A DNA stretch of 64,000 bases. Origin: Acidobacteriota bacterium. GTDB taxonomy: Bacteria; Acidobacteriota; Blastocatellia; RBC074. Below, one piece after another: positions 45,526 to 54,236 of this stretch (positions within the stretch are counted from its first letter, which is position 1; every line of letters starts with the position of its first letter). Under the pieces are notes generated by a model, which was not told the origin of the DNA, did not search any database, and was given only the letters and a program-made list of their open reading frames with translations. The translations under genes and the position numbers were made by a program. The stretch lies in contig JANRKX010000024.1 of NCBI GenBank assembly GCA_033763255.1, forward strand, positions 12,835 through 76,834. The letters are read 5' to 3'.

Positions 45526-46197
45526 CTAGAGCAACAAATCTTCAGCCACTCGCCCATCGCGCAAACTGATTTTGCGATTCGCCAAGCCTGCCAACTGCTG
45601 ATCGTGAGTCACCAACAGCAACGTCGTTTGCCGCTCTTGGTTCAGTTTCAGCAACAGCTCAAAAATATGACTGCCGTTTTTGGTGTCCAAATTCCCTGTT
45701 GGTTCATCGGCCAACAGAATTTGCGGGTCGTTGGCAAACGCGCGAGCGATGGCTACGCGCTGCTGCTCTCCGCCGGAAAGCTGCGAAGGGTAATGATGGC
45801 CTCGGTCGTGCAAACCAACTTCGTCCAGCAGGGCTTGAGCTTTATCACTTGCTTTGCTGACGCCCATAATTTCCATCGGCGTCAAGATGTTTTCGTAGGC
45901 GGTCAACGACGGAATCAAATGAAACGATTGAAAAATGAATCCTACCAGCCGCCCGCGCAACTCGGCCAGATTGTCTTCGCTCATCGTGGTGATGTCATGG
46001 CCATCCAGTTTGATGTTGCCAGTTGTCGGAGCATCCAAACCAGCCAGCAATCCCAGCAAAGTGGATTTGCCGCTGCCCGAAGGCCCAATGACCGAAACGA
46101 ATTGTCCGCGTGGAATTTCGAGATCAAGCGAATGAAGAATGGTGAGTTGTTCGCTGCCGCTGGTGACGGTTTTGGAGACGTTGGAAAGTTGAATCAT
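45526..46197 (-). CDS. ABC transporter ATP-binding protein (YbbA/LolD-like)
   Basis: [25 protein letters not shown] and [11 protein letters not shown]. It is divergent from a TesA-like gene, as in the E. coli tesA-ybbA arrangement. Confidence 0.92.
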   Translation of the reverse strand: MIQLSNVSKTVTSGSEQLTILHSLDLEIPRGQFVSVIGPSGSGKSTLLGLLAGLDAPTTGNIKLDGHDITTMSEDNLAELRGRLVGFIFQSFHLIPSLTAYENILTPMEIMGVSKASDKAQALLDEVGLHDRGHHYPSQLSGGEQQRVAIARAFANDPQILLADEPTGNLDTKNGSHIFELLLKLNQERQTTLLLVTHDQQLAGLANRKISLRDGRVAEDLLL

Positions 46198-46200
46198 AGT

Positions 46201-46345
46201 TTGGTGGTCGGTAGTCGGTTGTCAGTGATCGGTTGACGGTCTCAGTTGTCGGCTGCTGCTTGTCGGCTTAAGATTGTTTTCCGAAAATGAGTTCAACAAA
46301 TTCGGGAAAGAACCGACAACCGACCACCAACAACCGATCACCGTT
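46201..46345. repeat. palindromic repeat built from GGTTGTCGG / CCGACAACC units in a divergent intergenic region
   Basis: The left arm ttggtggtcggtagtcggttgtcagtgatcggttg... pairs with the right arm gaaccgacaaccgaccaccaacaaccgatcaccg. The shared blocks are ttggtggtcggt and gtgatcggttg. Confidence 0.75.
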
Positions 46346-46352
46346 ACGAAAT

Positions 46353-47069
46353 ATGCCTTTTCACTTTCTCAATTTCAAATCGCGGATTCTGCTTTTATTG
46401 ATGCTGACGTTGCTTTCGTTCGGCTGTCAGCAATCATCTCAACCATCTCAATCGGCGCAAAACACCAATCCACTGGCCACGCCCGCTCCGGCAACGATTT
46501 CAACTTCGTCGGATGAATTGCCGACCATTGTCGCGTTTGGCGACAGCCTGACCGCCGGGTTCGGGCTGAGCGACGACCAGTCATACACTACGCTGCTGCA
46601 ACGCAAATTGGATGCAAACGGATACGGGTATCGCGTCGTCAACGCTGGAGTTTCCGGCGACACTTCGGCAGGCGGCGCACGAAGAATTGATTGGGCGCTG
46701 CAATCAGGCAACGTCAAAGTTTTGATTTTGGAGCTTGGCGGCAATGACGGCTTGCGCGGTCTGCCAGTGGAGGAGATGAAAAAGAATCTTGAGCAGGTGA
46801 TCCAGCGCGCTCAATCAACCGGCGTAACCGTGTTGCTGGCCGGAATGGAAGCTCCGCCGAATTTCGGAGTCAGCTACACGCAGGAATTTCGGCAGGCGTT
46901 TCGTGACTTGGCCAAACAGTACAAAACTCCGTTCATTCCGTTTGTGTTGGACGGCGTCGGCGGCAATCCTCGCATGAATCAACCCGACGGCATTCATCCC
47001 AACGCCGAAGGCGAAAAGGTCATGACCGAAACCGTCTGGCGCGCTCTGGAACCACTGCTCACCAAATAA
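46353..47069 (+). CDS. SGNH/GDSL hydrolase (TesA-like arylesterase/thioesterase), lipoprotein
   Basis: VAFGDSLTAGFGL (block I), ELGGNDGLRG (block III) and DGIHPN (block V). The N-terminus is LLMLTLLSFGCQQ. The track start at 46287 reads through the palindromic repeat, so ATG 46353 is preferred. Confidence 0.88.
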   Translation: MPFHFLNFKSRILLLLMLTLLSFGCQQSSQPSQSAQNTNPLATPAPATISTSSDELPTIVAFGDSLTAGFGLSDDQSYTTLLQRKLDANGYGYRVVNAGVSGDTSAGGARRIDWALQSGNVKVLILELGGNDGLRGLPVEEMKKNLEQVIQRAQSTGVTVLLAGMEAPPNFGVSYTQEFRQAFRDLAKQYKTPFIPFVLDGVGGNPRMNQPDGIHPNAEGEKVMTETVWRALEPLLTK

Positions 47070-47134
47070 CGATGGAGGGACAGAGAGACAGAAGGGTCTT
47101 CTCTCCATCTCTCAATCCCTCTTTCTCTCCATCC
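47070..47134. repeat. purine-arm / pyrimidine-arm palindromic repeat (GGAGAGA/CAGAGGGA units), copy 2
   Basis: Sequence gatggagggacagagagacagaaggg-tc-ttctctccatctctcaatccctctttctctccatccc, between convergent stops at 47069 and 47142. The units match the 30861-30972 element. Confidence 0.8.
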
Positions 47135-47141
47135 CGCTCGC

Positions 47142-48077
47142 CTACTTCACGTTTTTCGACAACTCCGTGTGGACGCGCTCCAACAATTTCTTGGTCGCTT
47201 TGATGCCGTCAGCTTCACTCATCTTGTCGCCTTCATATTCGATGCCGACAAAGCCGCGATAACCCGCATCCAAAACGATCTTCATCATCTTGTGATAATC
47301 GGTTTCAGTTTCTTCGCCGCGTTCGTCGAAGTTGTGCGATTTGGCGCTGACCGCTTTGGCAAAAGGCATCAACTCCGTCACGCCTTTGTACCGGTCATAC
47401 ATTTCGGTTTGGCTGACGCGGAAGTTGCCGAAATCCGGCAGCGTGCCGCAGTACGGATGATTGACCATCTTCATCACGCCGCTCAGCCATTGGCCGTTTG
47501 ACGACAAACCGCCGTGGTTTTCGACGACGACATGAATTTTGTGCTTCGCGCCAAATTCGCTCAGCCGCCGCAAACCGTCCGCCGCCAATTTCTGCTGTTC
47601 TTCCGCGCTGCCTTTGCTTTGCGCGTTGACGCGAATAATTTTGCAGCCCAGAAACTTCGCGGCTTCCACCCAGCGATAATGATTTTCTACCGCCTGAGTC
47701 CGCTTGGCAGCGTCAGGATCGCCGAGCGCGCCTTCGCCATCGCACATAATCAACCGATGTTCGACGCCGAAATCTTTTGCGCGTTTGTTTAGTTCGCGCA
47801 GGTAATTTGTGTCCTTCGCTTTGTCTTTGAAAAACTGATTGACGAATTCGATGGCGCTGATGCCGAACTGTTGTTTGGCGGTTTTGGCAAAATCCAAGTT
47901 GTCGAGTTCTTTCTTGAAAAGCGCCTTGTGCAGCGACCATTGCGCCAGCGAGATTTTGAAAACCTGTTTGGCGGCGGCATTCGCCAGCGTTTCGCCAGCG
48001 ACAACGGCAATGCCAACCGCAGCCGATTGCTTCAGAAATTCACGCCGCTTGAGCGGTGATTCAATCACTTCGATCAT
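47142..48077 (-). CDS. sugar phosphate isomerase/epimerase (xylose isomerase-like TIM barrel) with Tat-type signal
   Basis: N-terminal [24 protein letters not shown] (twin-Arg). The AP_endonuc_2-like body has [10 protein letters not shown] and VGIEYEG. Confidence 0.72.
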   Translation of the reverse strand: MIEVIESPLKRREFLKQSAAVGIAVVAGETLANAAAKQVFKISLAQWSLHKALFKKELDNLDFAKTAKQQFGISAIEFVNQFFKDKAKDTNYLRELNKRAKDFGVEHRLIMCDGEGALGDPDAAKRTQAVENHYRWVEAAKFLGCKIIRVNAQSKGSAEEQQKLAADGLRRLSEFGAKHKIHVVVENHGGLSSNGQWLSGVMKMVNHPYCGTLPDFGNFRVSQTEMYDRYKGVTELMPFAKAVSAKSHNFDERGEETETDYHKMMKIVLDAGYRGFVGIEYEGDKMSEADGIKATKKLLERVHTELSKNVK

Positions 48078-48156
48078 AGTTTTGGGTCCTCTTGGTTTTG
48101 GAGTTTGAATAGTTCGGAAATAGACAGTAGCCAGTAAACAGCGGTGCGGTCAACCA

Positions 48157-48185
48157 AATCCTGAAAAATCCTGTGCATCCTGTCC
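48157..48185. repeat. half-copy of the CAGGAT/ATCCTG palindromic repeat family (copy B)
   Basis: The reverse complement of aatcctgaaaaatcctgtgcatcctgtcc matches the left arm of copy A (16330-16358) at 28 of 29 positions. Confidence 0.85.
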
Positions 48186-48189
48186 GCGA

Positions 48190-49854
48190 TTAGCCTGGTG
48201 GTCGCAACCTGCGATCAAGCTGCTGCGCGCGTTCGAAAGCCGCCGCCGCTCCCTTCCTGTCGCCTTTCTTTCTCAACGCCAAACCAAGCTGGTAATAAGC
48301 CGGAGCGTAGTTCGCGTCTTTCTTAATCGCCGATTCAAACAGATTGATGGCGGCGGCCAGATTTCCCTGCTTCATTTTCTGAATGCCGGTGTTGGTATCG
48401 AAAGTCGCAGCTTGGTTATTGGCTTTCAACTGATTCAACCGAGCCGCTTCGGCAAATTCGACGCGAGCGGCTGGCAAATCGCCTTTTTGCCGCAAGGCAT
48501 TTCCCAGCGTGTTATGCGTTTCGGGCGTGAGCGGCGCAATCTTGATTGCCGTTCGGAAAGCTTCAATCGCCGCATCGAGTTCGCCTTTCTGCTGCAATGC
48601 CGTGCCGAGCGTGTAGTGAGCTTGAGCGAAATCCGGCTTGGCGGCGATGGCTCCGCGAAATGCGGCGATGGCTTCGTCGAGCTTGCTTTGCTGCATCAAG
48701 GTGATGCCCAGCGTGTAATGCGATTCGTGCAGCGACGGTTGCAGAGCGATGCTGCGGCGAAGCGCGTCAACGGCTCCGGCAAAATCGTCTTTGTACTTCA
48801 GCGCCACGCCCAGGTTGTACCAGGCTTCGGCTTCGTTCGAGTTGGTGGCCAGCAAGCCGCGATAGACTTCGACGGCTGCGGCGTAATCGGCTTTTTGAAT
48901 CAGCGCCAAACCAAGATTGTTCAACGTCACCGAATTGTTCGGATCGAGTTTCAACGCCGCTTCAAACTCGGCGACGGCTGCCACGGCATCGCGTTTTTGA
49001 ATCCACGTCAGGCCAAGCTGATTGCGCGCTTCGATGAAATCCGGTTTCAAGCGAATGGCTTCGCGCAAGGCGGCGATGGCGTTGTCTGTGTCTTCGTCCA
49101 CGTACAACGCCAAACCGAGCGCGTTAAATCCGTCGGCGACTTTCGGCGCAAGCTTGACGGCCTGGCGAAGCTCTTCAATCGCTTCTGGAATCGCGCCGGT
49201 CTTTTGCAAACACACGCCGAGGTAATACCGCGATTCAAAATGTTTGGGATTGAGTTTCGCCGCTTCGCGCAGCGGCGCAATCGCTTCGGCAAATTGCTGG
49301 CCGAACCAGCGCGTCACGCCCAGCCGAAAATGAGCTTCGTGAAAATCAGGTTTGAATTTGATGGCGGCTTCAAATTCGGAAATCGCCGCGTCAATATTTC
49401 CCGTCTGGCCAAGCGCGAAGCCCAACGCGCTGTGCGCTTCGGCAAAATTTGGCCGAGCCTCAATCGCCAATCGAAACTCGTTGATGGCTTCGGCAATCTG
49501 GCCTTTCTGCTGCAACGCCAAGCCTAGATTGGCGCGCGCTTCGGCAAACTCCGGTCGCAATCGAATGGCTTCGCGGAAGGAATTGATCGCTTCGTCGCCC
49601 TGCCCCAACTGACCGAGCGCCGTGCCGAGCGCGTTGTGCGCTTCGGCAAAATTCGGTTGCAGCTTGATCGCCGCTCGCAGCGAAGCAACGGCTTGCGCGG
49701 GATTGTTCCGCTGTAAGGCTGTAAGTCCAACTTTGTACTGTTGTTCGGCGGTGGCTGGCGATTTTGGCTGCTGGCCGCGTTGAGCAAAAGTCGGCTGAAC
49801 ACACAAAACCAGAATCGAAAGAAAGATAATTGCGGGCGATTGACGGATGTTCAT
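48190..49854 (-). CDS. tetratricopeptide repeat protein (about 15 TPR units), secreted
   Basis: The 34-aa periodicity is regular (…AEAHNALGTALGQLGQGDEAINSFREAIRLRPEF…). ATG 49854 gives the signal peptide MNIRQSPAIIFLSILVLCVQPTFAQ. Confidence 0.9.
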   Translation of the reverse strand: MNIRQSPAIIFLSILVLCVQPTFAQRGQQPKSPATAEQQYKVGLTALQRNNPAQAVASLRAAIKLQPNFAEAHNALGTALGQLGQGDEAINSFREAIRLRPEFAEARANLGLALQQKGQIAEAINEFRLAIEARPNFAEAHSALGFALGQTGNIDAAISEFEAAIKFKPDFHEAHFRLGVTRWFGQQFAEAIAPLREAAKLNPKHFESRYYLGVCLQKTGAIPEAIEELRQAVKLAPKVADGFNALGLALYVDEDTDNAIAALREAIRLKPDFIEARNQLGLTWIQKRDAVAAVAEFEAALKLDPNNSVTLNNLGLALIQKADYAAAVEVYRGLLATNSNEAEAWYNLGVALKYKDDFAGAVDALRRSIALQPSLHESHYTLGITLMQQSKLDEAIAAFRGAIAAKPDFAQAHYTLGTALQQKGELDAAIEAFRTAIKIAPLTPETHNTLGNALRQKGDLPAARVEFAEAARLNQLKANNQAATFDTNTGIQKMKQGNLAAAINLFESAIKKDANYAPAYYQLGLALRKKGDRKGAAAAFERAQQLDRRLRPPG

Positions 49855-49954
49855 CGCCAAAAACTATAAAGGCTTACAACAAGGCCTGCAATGATTTGAT
49901 CAATCCCAAACTTGCGACTTCAATCAACTCTGTCTCTGACTTACAATCCGGCCT

Positions 49955-51334
49955 ATGGCAACCAAAGGATCACGCACCGTTTTCGCCTGTCAAAATTGTG
50001 GCTTTCAATCGCGCAAATGGATGGGCAAATGTCCCGATTGCGGCGAATGGAATTCCTTTGTCGAAGAGCGCGAACGCCCGGTCGGCAAGGATTCCACCAG
50101 CACGGCTCGCGTAGGCATCAGTTGGCGCGACAGCAAGCCCATCGCTTTCACCGAAATCGAGGCGCAGGACGATTCCCGCGAAGTCACGGGCATCGAAGAA
50201 TTCGACCGCGTGCTCGGCGGAGGAATCGTGCCGGGTTCGTTGGTGCTGATTGGCGGCGAACCGGGCATCGGCAAATCCACGTTACTCAGCCAGGTGGCCG
50301 ACAAACTCAGCGCGGTGTACGGCCACGTGCTGTATGTTTCCGGCGAAGAAAGCGAACGGCAGATCAAACTGCGCGGCGAACGTTTGGGCATCAATCCGGC
50401 AGGATTGTTTTTGCTCGCCGAAACCAGTTTGGAACGCATCTTCGACGAAATCGAACGCTTGCAGCCCAAAGCCGTCATCATTGATTCCGTCCAAACCATC
50501 TTTTCCGAAAAGCTGGAAAGCGCGCCCGGTTCGGTTTCTCAGGTGCGCGAAGTCGCCGGGCAGTTTTTGCTGCTGGCCAAGAATTTGGGCTTGCCGGTGT
50601 TTCTGATCGGCCACGTCACCAAAGAAGGCACGATTGCCGGGCCGAAGGCGTTGGAGCACATAGTGGACACGGTGATTTACTTTGAAGGCGAGCGCCATCA
50701 CAACCATCGCATCTTGCGCGCCGCCAAAAACCGCTTCGGCGCGGCCAACGAACTGGGGATTTTTGAAATGACCGGCGCGGGATTGGTCGGCGTGCCAAAT
50801 CCTTCGGAAGTGTTTTTGAGCGAACGTCCGATTGGCGCTTCCGGCTCGGCGGTGGTCGCGGCGATAGAAGGCACACGGCCTATGCTGGTGGAAATTCAGG
50901 CGCTGGTTAGTTCGTCGAAATTCGGGACGGGGCGGCGGACGACTTTGGGAGTTGAACTCAACCGCGTGGCTTTGCTGGTGGCGATGCTGGAAAAGCGCGT
51001 CGGTTTTCATCTGAGCGGCGACGACATTTTCGTCAATCTGGTCGGCGGCATTGCGCTGAACGAACCGGCGGTAGATTTGGGCATCGTGGCGGCGGTGACT
51101 TCCAGTTTTCGCAACATTCCGATCAACGAACACACGATTGTTTTTGGCGAAGTCGGCCTGGCCGGAGAAGTTCGCGCCACCAGCCACGCGGCCATTCGAT
51201 TGCGCGAAGCGGCTCGCATGGGATTCAAACGAGTCATCCTGCCGAAAAACAACCTGACTGGCTTGCCCGAAGACGACCGGCTGGAAGTCATCGGCGTGCG
51301 GTCTGTAGCCGACGCGCTGGACGCGCTGTTTTGA
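49955..51334 (+). CDS. radA: DNA repair protein RadA (Sms)
   Basis: Zn finger CQNCGFQSRKWMGKCPDCGEWNSF, Walker A GGEPGIGKSTLL, the KNRFG motif, and a Lon-like C-terminal domain. Confidence 0.96.
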   Translation: MATKGSRTVFACQNCGFQSRKWMGKCPDCGEWNSFVEERERPVGKDSTSTARVGISWRDSKPIAFTEIEAQDDSREVTGIEEFDRVLGGGIVPGSLVLIGGEPGIGKSTLLSQVADKLSAVYGHVLYVSGEESERQIKLRGERLGINPAGLFLLAETSLERIFDEIERLQPKAVIIDSVQTIFSEKLESAPGSVSQVREVAGQFLLLAKNLGLPVFLIGHVTKEGTIAGPKALEHIVDTVIYFEGERHHNHRILRAAKNRFGAANELGIFEMTGAGLVGVPNPSEVFLSERPIGASGSAVVAAIEGTRPMLVEIQALVSSSKFGTGRRTTLGVELNRVALLVAMLEKRVGFHLSGDDIFVNLVGGIALNEPAVDLGIVAAVTSSFRNIPINEHTIVFGEVGLAGEVRATSHAAIRLREAARMGFKRVILPKNNLTGLPEDDRLEVIGVRSVADALDALF

Positions 51335-51440
51335 GCCGAGCCGCTTCTTGCAACTTTCACATTGCGTCCGTAAACTCGCCCGCGACTTCATAATCCCAAA
51401 CGACAATTCGCAATCAAAATTTTTTTTGAGGACATAAACC

Positions 51441-52472
51441 ATGAGTGTGTTTAGCAATTGCGGCCAAACGAAACTCAGCTTGTTTTTTCTACTGGCTGGT
51501 TTGTTGTTGGCAAGCGCCTGCTCCGGCTCAAGCCTGTCGAGCGAAAGCGCCTACGTTGTGCCGGAAAAGATTCGGCTGAAAAACTCGACAGCTCAGGCGG
51601 CGCGCGGCATAGGCGAACTGAAATCAGGCGACCGCGTAACCATCACCGAACGCAGCAAATCCGAAGACGGAACTCCGTGGGTGAACGTCAAAGCTGCCGA
51701 CGGTCAGGAAGGTTGGGCGGAAGCCAAGAACTTCATTAAGGAAGACATTGTTGCCAAATCGCGCAAGATGGCCGACGAAATCAAAGACATTCCCACTCAA
51801 GCCATCGGCAAATCGAAAGCCACATTGAAACTGCGATTGACGCCGGATCGAACTACGGAAGAAAACGTGGCGGCTCCGCTGCCTTCGGGAACGATCATGG
51901 AAATCGTCGCGCGCGAACGAAAACCTCGCCCGGCGTCGCTGGATCAAAAAGCAGAAAGCGCAGAAGGAGCGGCTTCGGATTCCAAACAGGAAACGAAATA
52001 TGACGAATGGCTTCAGGTTCGATTGAGCGGATTGACAGTTTTGCCCGCCGGATGGATTTACGGCGGTTCGGTCGAATTGGATATTCCGGGCGAAATTATC
52101 TACTTCGTTTCCAGCGGGCGACGCATCGTCGGTTGGCAAAAACTCGGCACGGTTCACGGCGACGACAGCCGCACCGGAGATCATTTTCTGGTCTTGGAGC
52201 GAAAAGTAATTGACGCCGATGATCGAGCCGATTTCGACCGCATCAAGGTGCTGGCCTACGACGCGCCGACCAGGAATTACACGACGCCATTCAAAGACGA
52301 TGTGATTGGGCGCTTCCCCATTTCGGTAAAAATGGATGGTCAGAGCGGCAGTTTCCGCGCCATTGTGTTGGACAAAAATGACGCTAAACAGGAAATCGAA
52401 TACAGCGTCGAAATAATGAATAACAAAGTGAAAGCGGCCAAACCTGCCGCACAAAAAATGGATAAAAAATAG
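51441..52472 (+). CDS. hypothetical lipoprotein with SH3b-like domain(s)
   Basis: Lipobox LLLASACSGS. The segment IRLKNSTAQAARGIGELKSGDRVTITERSKSEDGTPWVNVKAADGQEGWAEAKNF resembles bacterial SH3. Confidence 0.6.
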   Translation: MSVFSNCGQTKLSLFFLLAGLLLASACSGSSLSSESAYVVPEKIRLKNSTAQAARGIGELKSGDRVTITERSKSEDGTPWVNVKAADGQEGWAEAKNFIKEDIVAKSRKMADEIKDIPTQAIGKSKATLKLRLTPDRTTEENVAAPLPSGTIMEIVARERKPRPASLDQKAESAEGAASDSKQETKYDEWLQVRLSGLTVLPAGWIYGGSVELDIPGEIIYFVSSGRRIVGWQKLGTVHGDDSRTGDHFLVLERKVIDADDRADFDRIKVLAYDAPTRNYTTPFKDDVIGRFPISVKMDGQSGSFRAIVLDKNDAKQEIEYSVEIMNNKVKAAKPAAQKMDKK

Positions 52473-52486
52473 AGGAGGAGTTTTCG

Positions 52487-53473
52487 ATGGCCGATTCTTC
52501 AAATCAGTTAGTCAGTTATTTGAACAAGTTCGATGATGCCGGTTGGGCAAAAATCGTGGCGGAACTTCAAGGCGCAATCCACCCGGTTGACCAGCGAGCC
52601 ACGCAAATCTGGTTTGCGTTCTTTCCGGTCAAACTGAACAAAGCCTTGACCGAATCAGAAGACTCTGCGGCCCTGGCGAAAAAGTTGATCTTGAAAGGCA
52701 GCTATCGCCTGACAGATCAGGTGGATTCATCGGCGGAGTTTTTGTACGGACATCGTTACTGGCCACAGGTCAAAAAAGCCGTCGCATTGCACGCCGAAAC
52801 CGGAATGCAAACTCCGCTGGACGCGCAAATCCGCGATGTTGCTCGCAAAGTCGCCGGAGAAGTAAACGCGCCGGTTTCATTGCTGGTCGGAATCACTGCG
52901 GTGGCGTTTGGCACGCTGGCTCAAGTTGGGTTGGACGTGTTTCGCCAACCGGCGGCGGCGGGACGATACGGTTCGTCGTGGCGAAAATCCGCCGACCAAA
53001 TCGTTGCCGATCGCGCGAAAGACGACAGCCAGGGTGTGTTCGGCTTTTTGCGTTCGGTCAACAAATCCTTCACGGTGACTTATCGGGAATACGAACCCGG
53101 CTGTTCGTTCAAACTCATCAGCCAGCAAGATGTGACTATGGCAGGTCGCCAATACGAACGCGATTACCACGCTGAAGACGCACGCTGCATGCCGGGAGAA
53201 GGGCCGATTCCGGTCGAATGCCGCGCGGCATCGTGCGGGACTTGCTGGGTGGGTGTGTTGTCGGATGGAGGCAAAATCTCTCCGCCCAATCAGCGCGAAA
53301 TTGATCGCTGGCGATACTTCGGTTACGAAGGATTCACAGGTGAAGCCAATTCGCCGATCCGGCTGGCTTGCCAAATGAAGGCTCAAGGCAACGTTTCGCT
53401 GGTCGTCGCTCCATGGAATGGAATGATCGGCAGGCTGGACGAAAAAGAAAAAGCGGTTGCCGCTGCCAACTAA
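52487..53473 (+). CDS. protein with unknown N-terminal domain and C-terminal plant-type 2Fe-2S ferredoxin-like domain
   Basis: The C-terminal ECRAASCGTCWVGV...IRLACQ shows C-x4-C-x2-C...C spacing. The N-terminal region of about 200 aa has no motif I recognise. Confidence 0.7.
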   Translation: MADSSNQLVSYLNKFDDAGWAKIVAELQGAIHPVDQRATQIWFAFFPVKLNKALTESEDSAALAKKLILKGSYRLTDQVDSSAEFLYGHRYWPQVKKAVALHAETGMQTPLDAQIRDVARKVAGEVNAPVSLLVGITAVAFGTLAQVGLDVFRQPAAAGRYGSSWRKSADQIVADRAKDDSQGVFGFLRSVNKSFTVTYREYEPGCSFKLISQQDVTMAGRQYERDYHAEDARCMPGEGPIPVECRAASCGTCWVGVLSDGGKISPPNQREIDRWRYFGYEGFTGEANSPIRLACQMKAQGNVSLVVAPWNGMIGRLDEKEKAVAAAN

Positions 53474-53481
53474 ACATTGGC

Positions 53482-54060
53482 CTAAACATTGGCTTTGATC
53501 CGTTTGAGTTGTTCTGTATGCCATTCTTCATGTTTGCCGATGAATAGCGCGAACTCGAACAGAGAAAAGCTGCCGAGAATCGGATGCGAAAATTTCAGTT
53601 GCTTGAGCCGTGAAAAATCCGAGTGACTTAACGCGGCCAGAGTTTTTGCTCTGGCCGCTTCGCGTTCCGCCCACAACTTTTCAAACTCGTAAGATTGGCG
53701 ACGCGGCTTCAAAAACGCCGGGGCCGTGAACCGACCGCGAAACTTCGCCAGATCCTTTTGTTGAAAGATGTTTGGCGATTGTTCGCCATTGCTGAGAAAG
53801 CTCATTCCAGCCAATTTGTTCAGCGCGATGTTCAGCCAATCCAACCGATCCAGAATTTTCTGCGAACGAATCAGTTTCGGCACAAAGGAAAACAGCGGAT
53901 ACAGATATTTTTCGGTTTTGATCAGATGCGTCAGCACCTGACCCGCTGACCAGCCGCCATTGGCAGGAAAAGCATTCAAATCCAGACCGCGCAATTCAGC
54001 CAGCAATTGGGTTTGCGTCGAATCGAGATACTCCTGAAGTTCAATCAGGCCCTGGTTCAT
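53482..54060 (-). CDS. DinB-family (DinB_2) protein
   Basis: GWSAGQVLTHLIKTEKY and ALFIGKHEEWHTEQL show the helix-bundle His pattern of the DinB superfamily. Confidence 0.75.
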   Translation of the reverse strand: MNQGLIELQEYLDSTQTQLLAELRGLDLNAFPANGGWSAGQVLTHLIKTEKYLYPLFSFVPKLIRSQKILDRLDWLNIALNKLAGMSFLSNGEQSPNIFQQKDLAKFRGRFTAPAFLKPRRQSYEFEKLWAEREAARAKTLAALSHSDFSRLKQLKFSHPILGSFSLFEFALFIGKHEEWHTEQLKRIKANV

Positions 54061-54236
54061 TGTTGTGCGAAAAACCTCCTGGCCTAGGTGTTGCGGTCAA
54101 ATTCTAACCTTGCGCACAGGCTCAGTCATGGACAAACCAGCGTTTGCAAACTTTTACGGGAAATACAGCTTTCTTTTTCGAGGCCGAGTCTTTAATATCT
54201 GCGCCGAAATTCACCGCTTTCTTAATTGAATTCATT

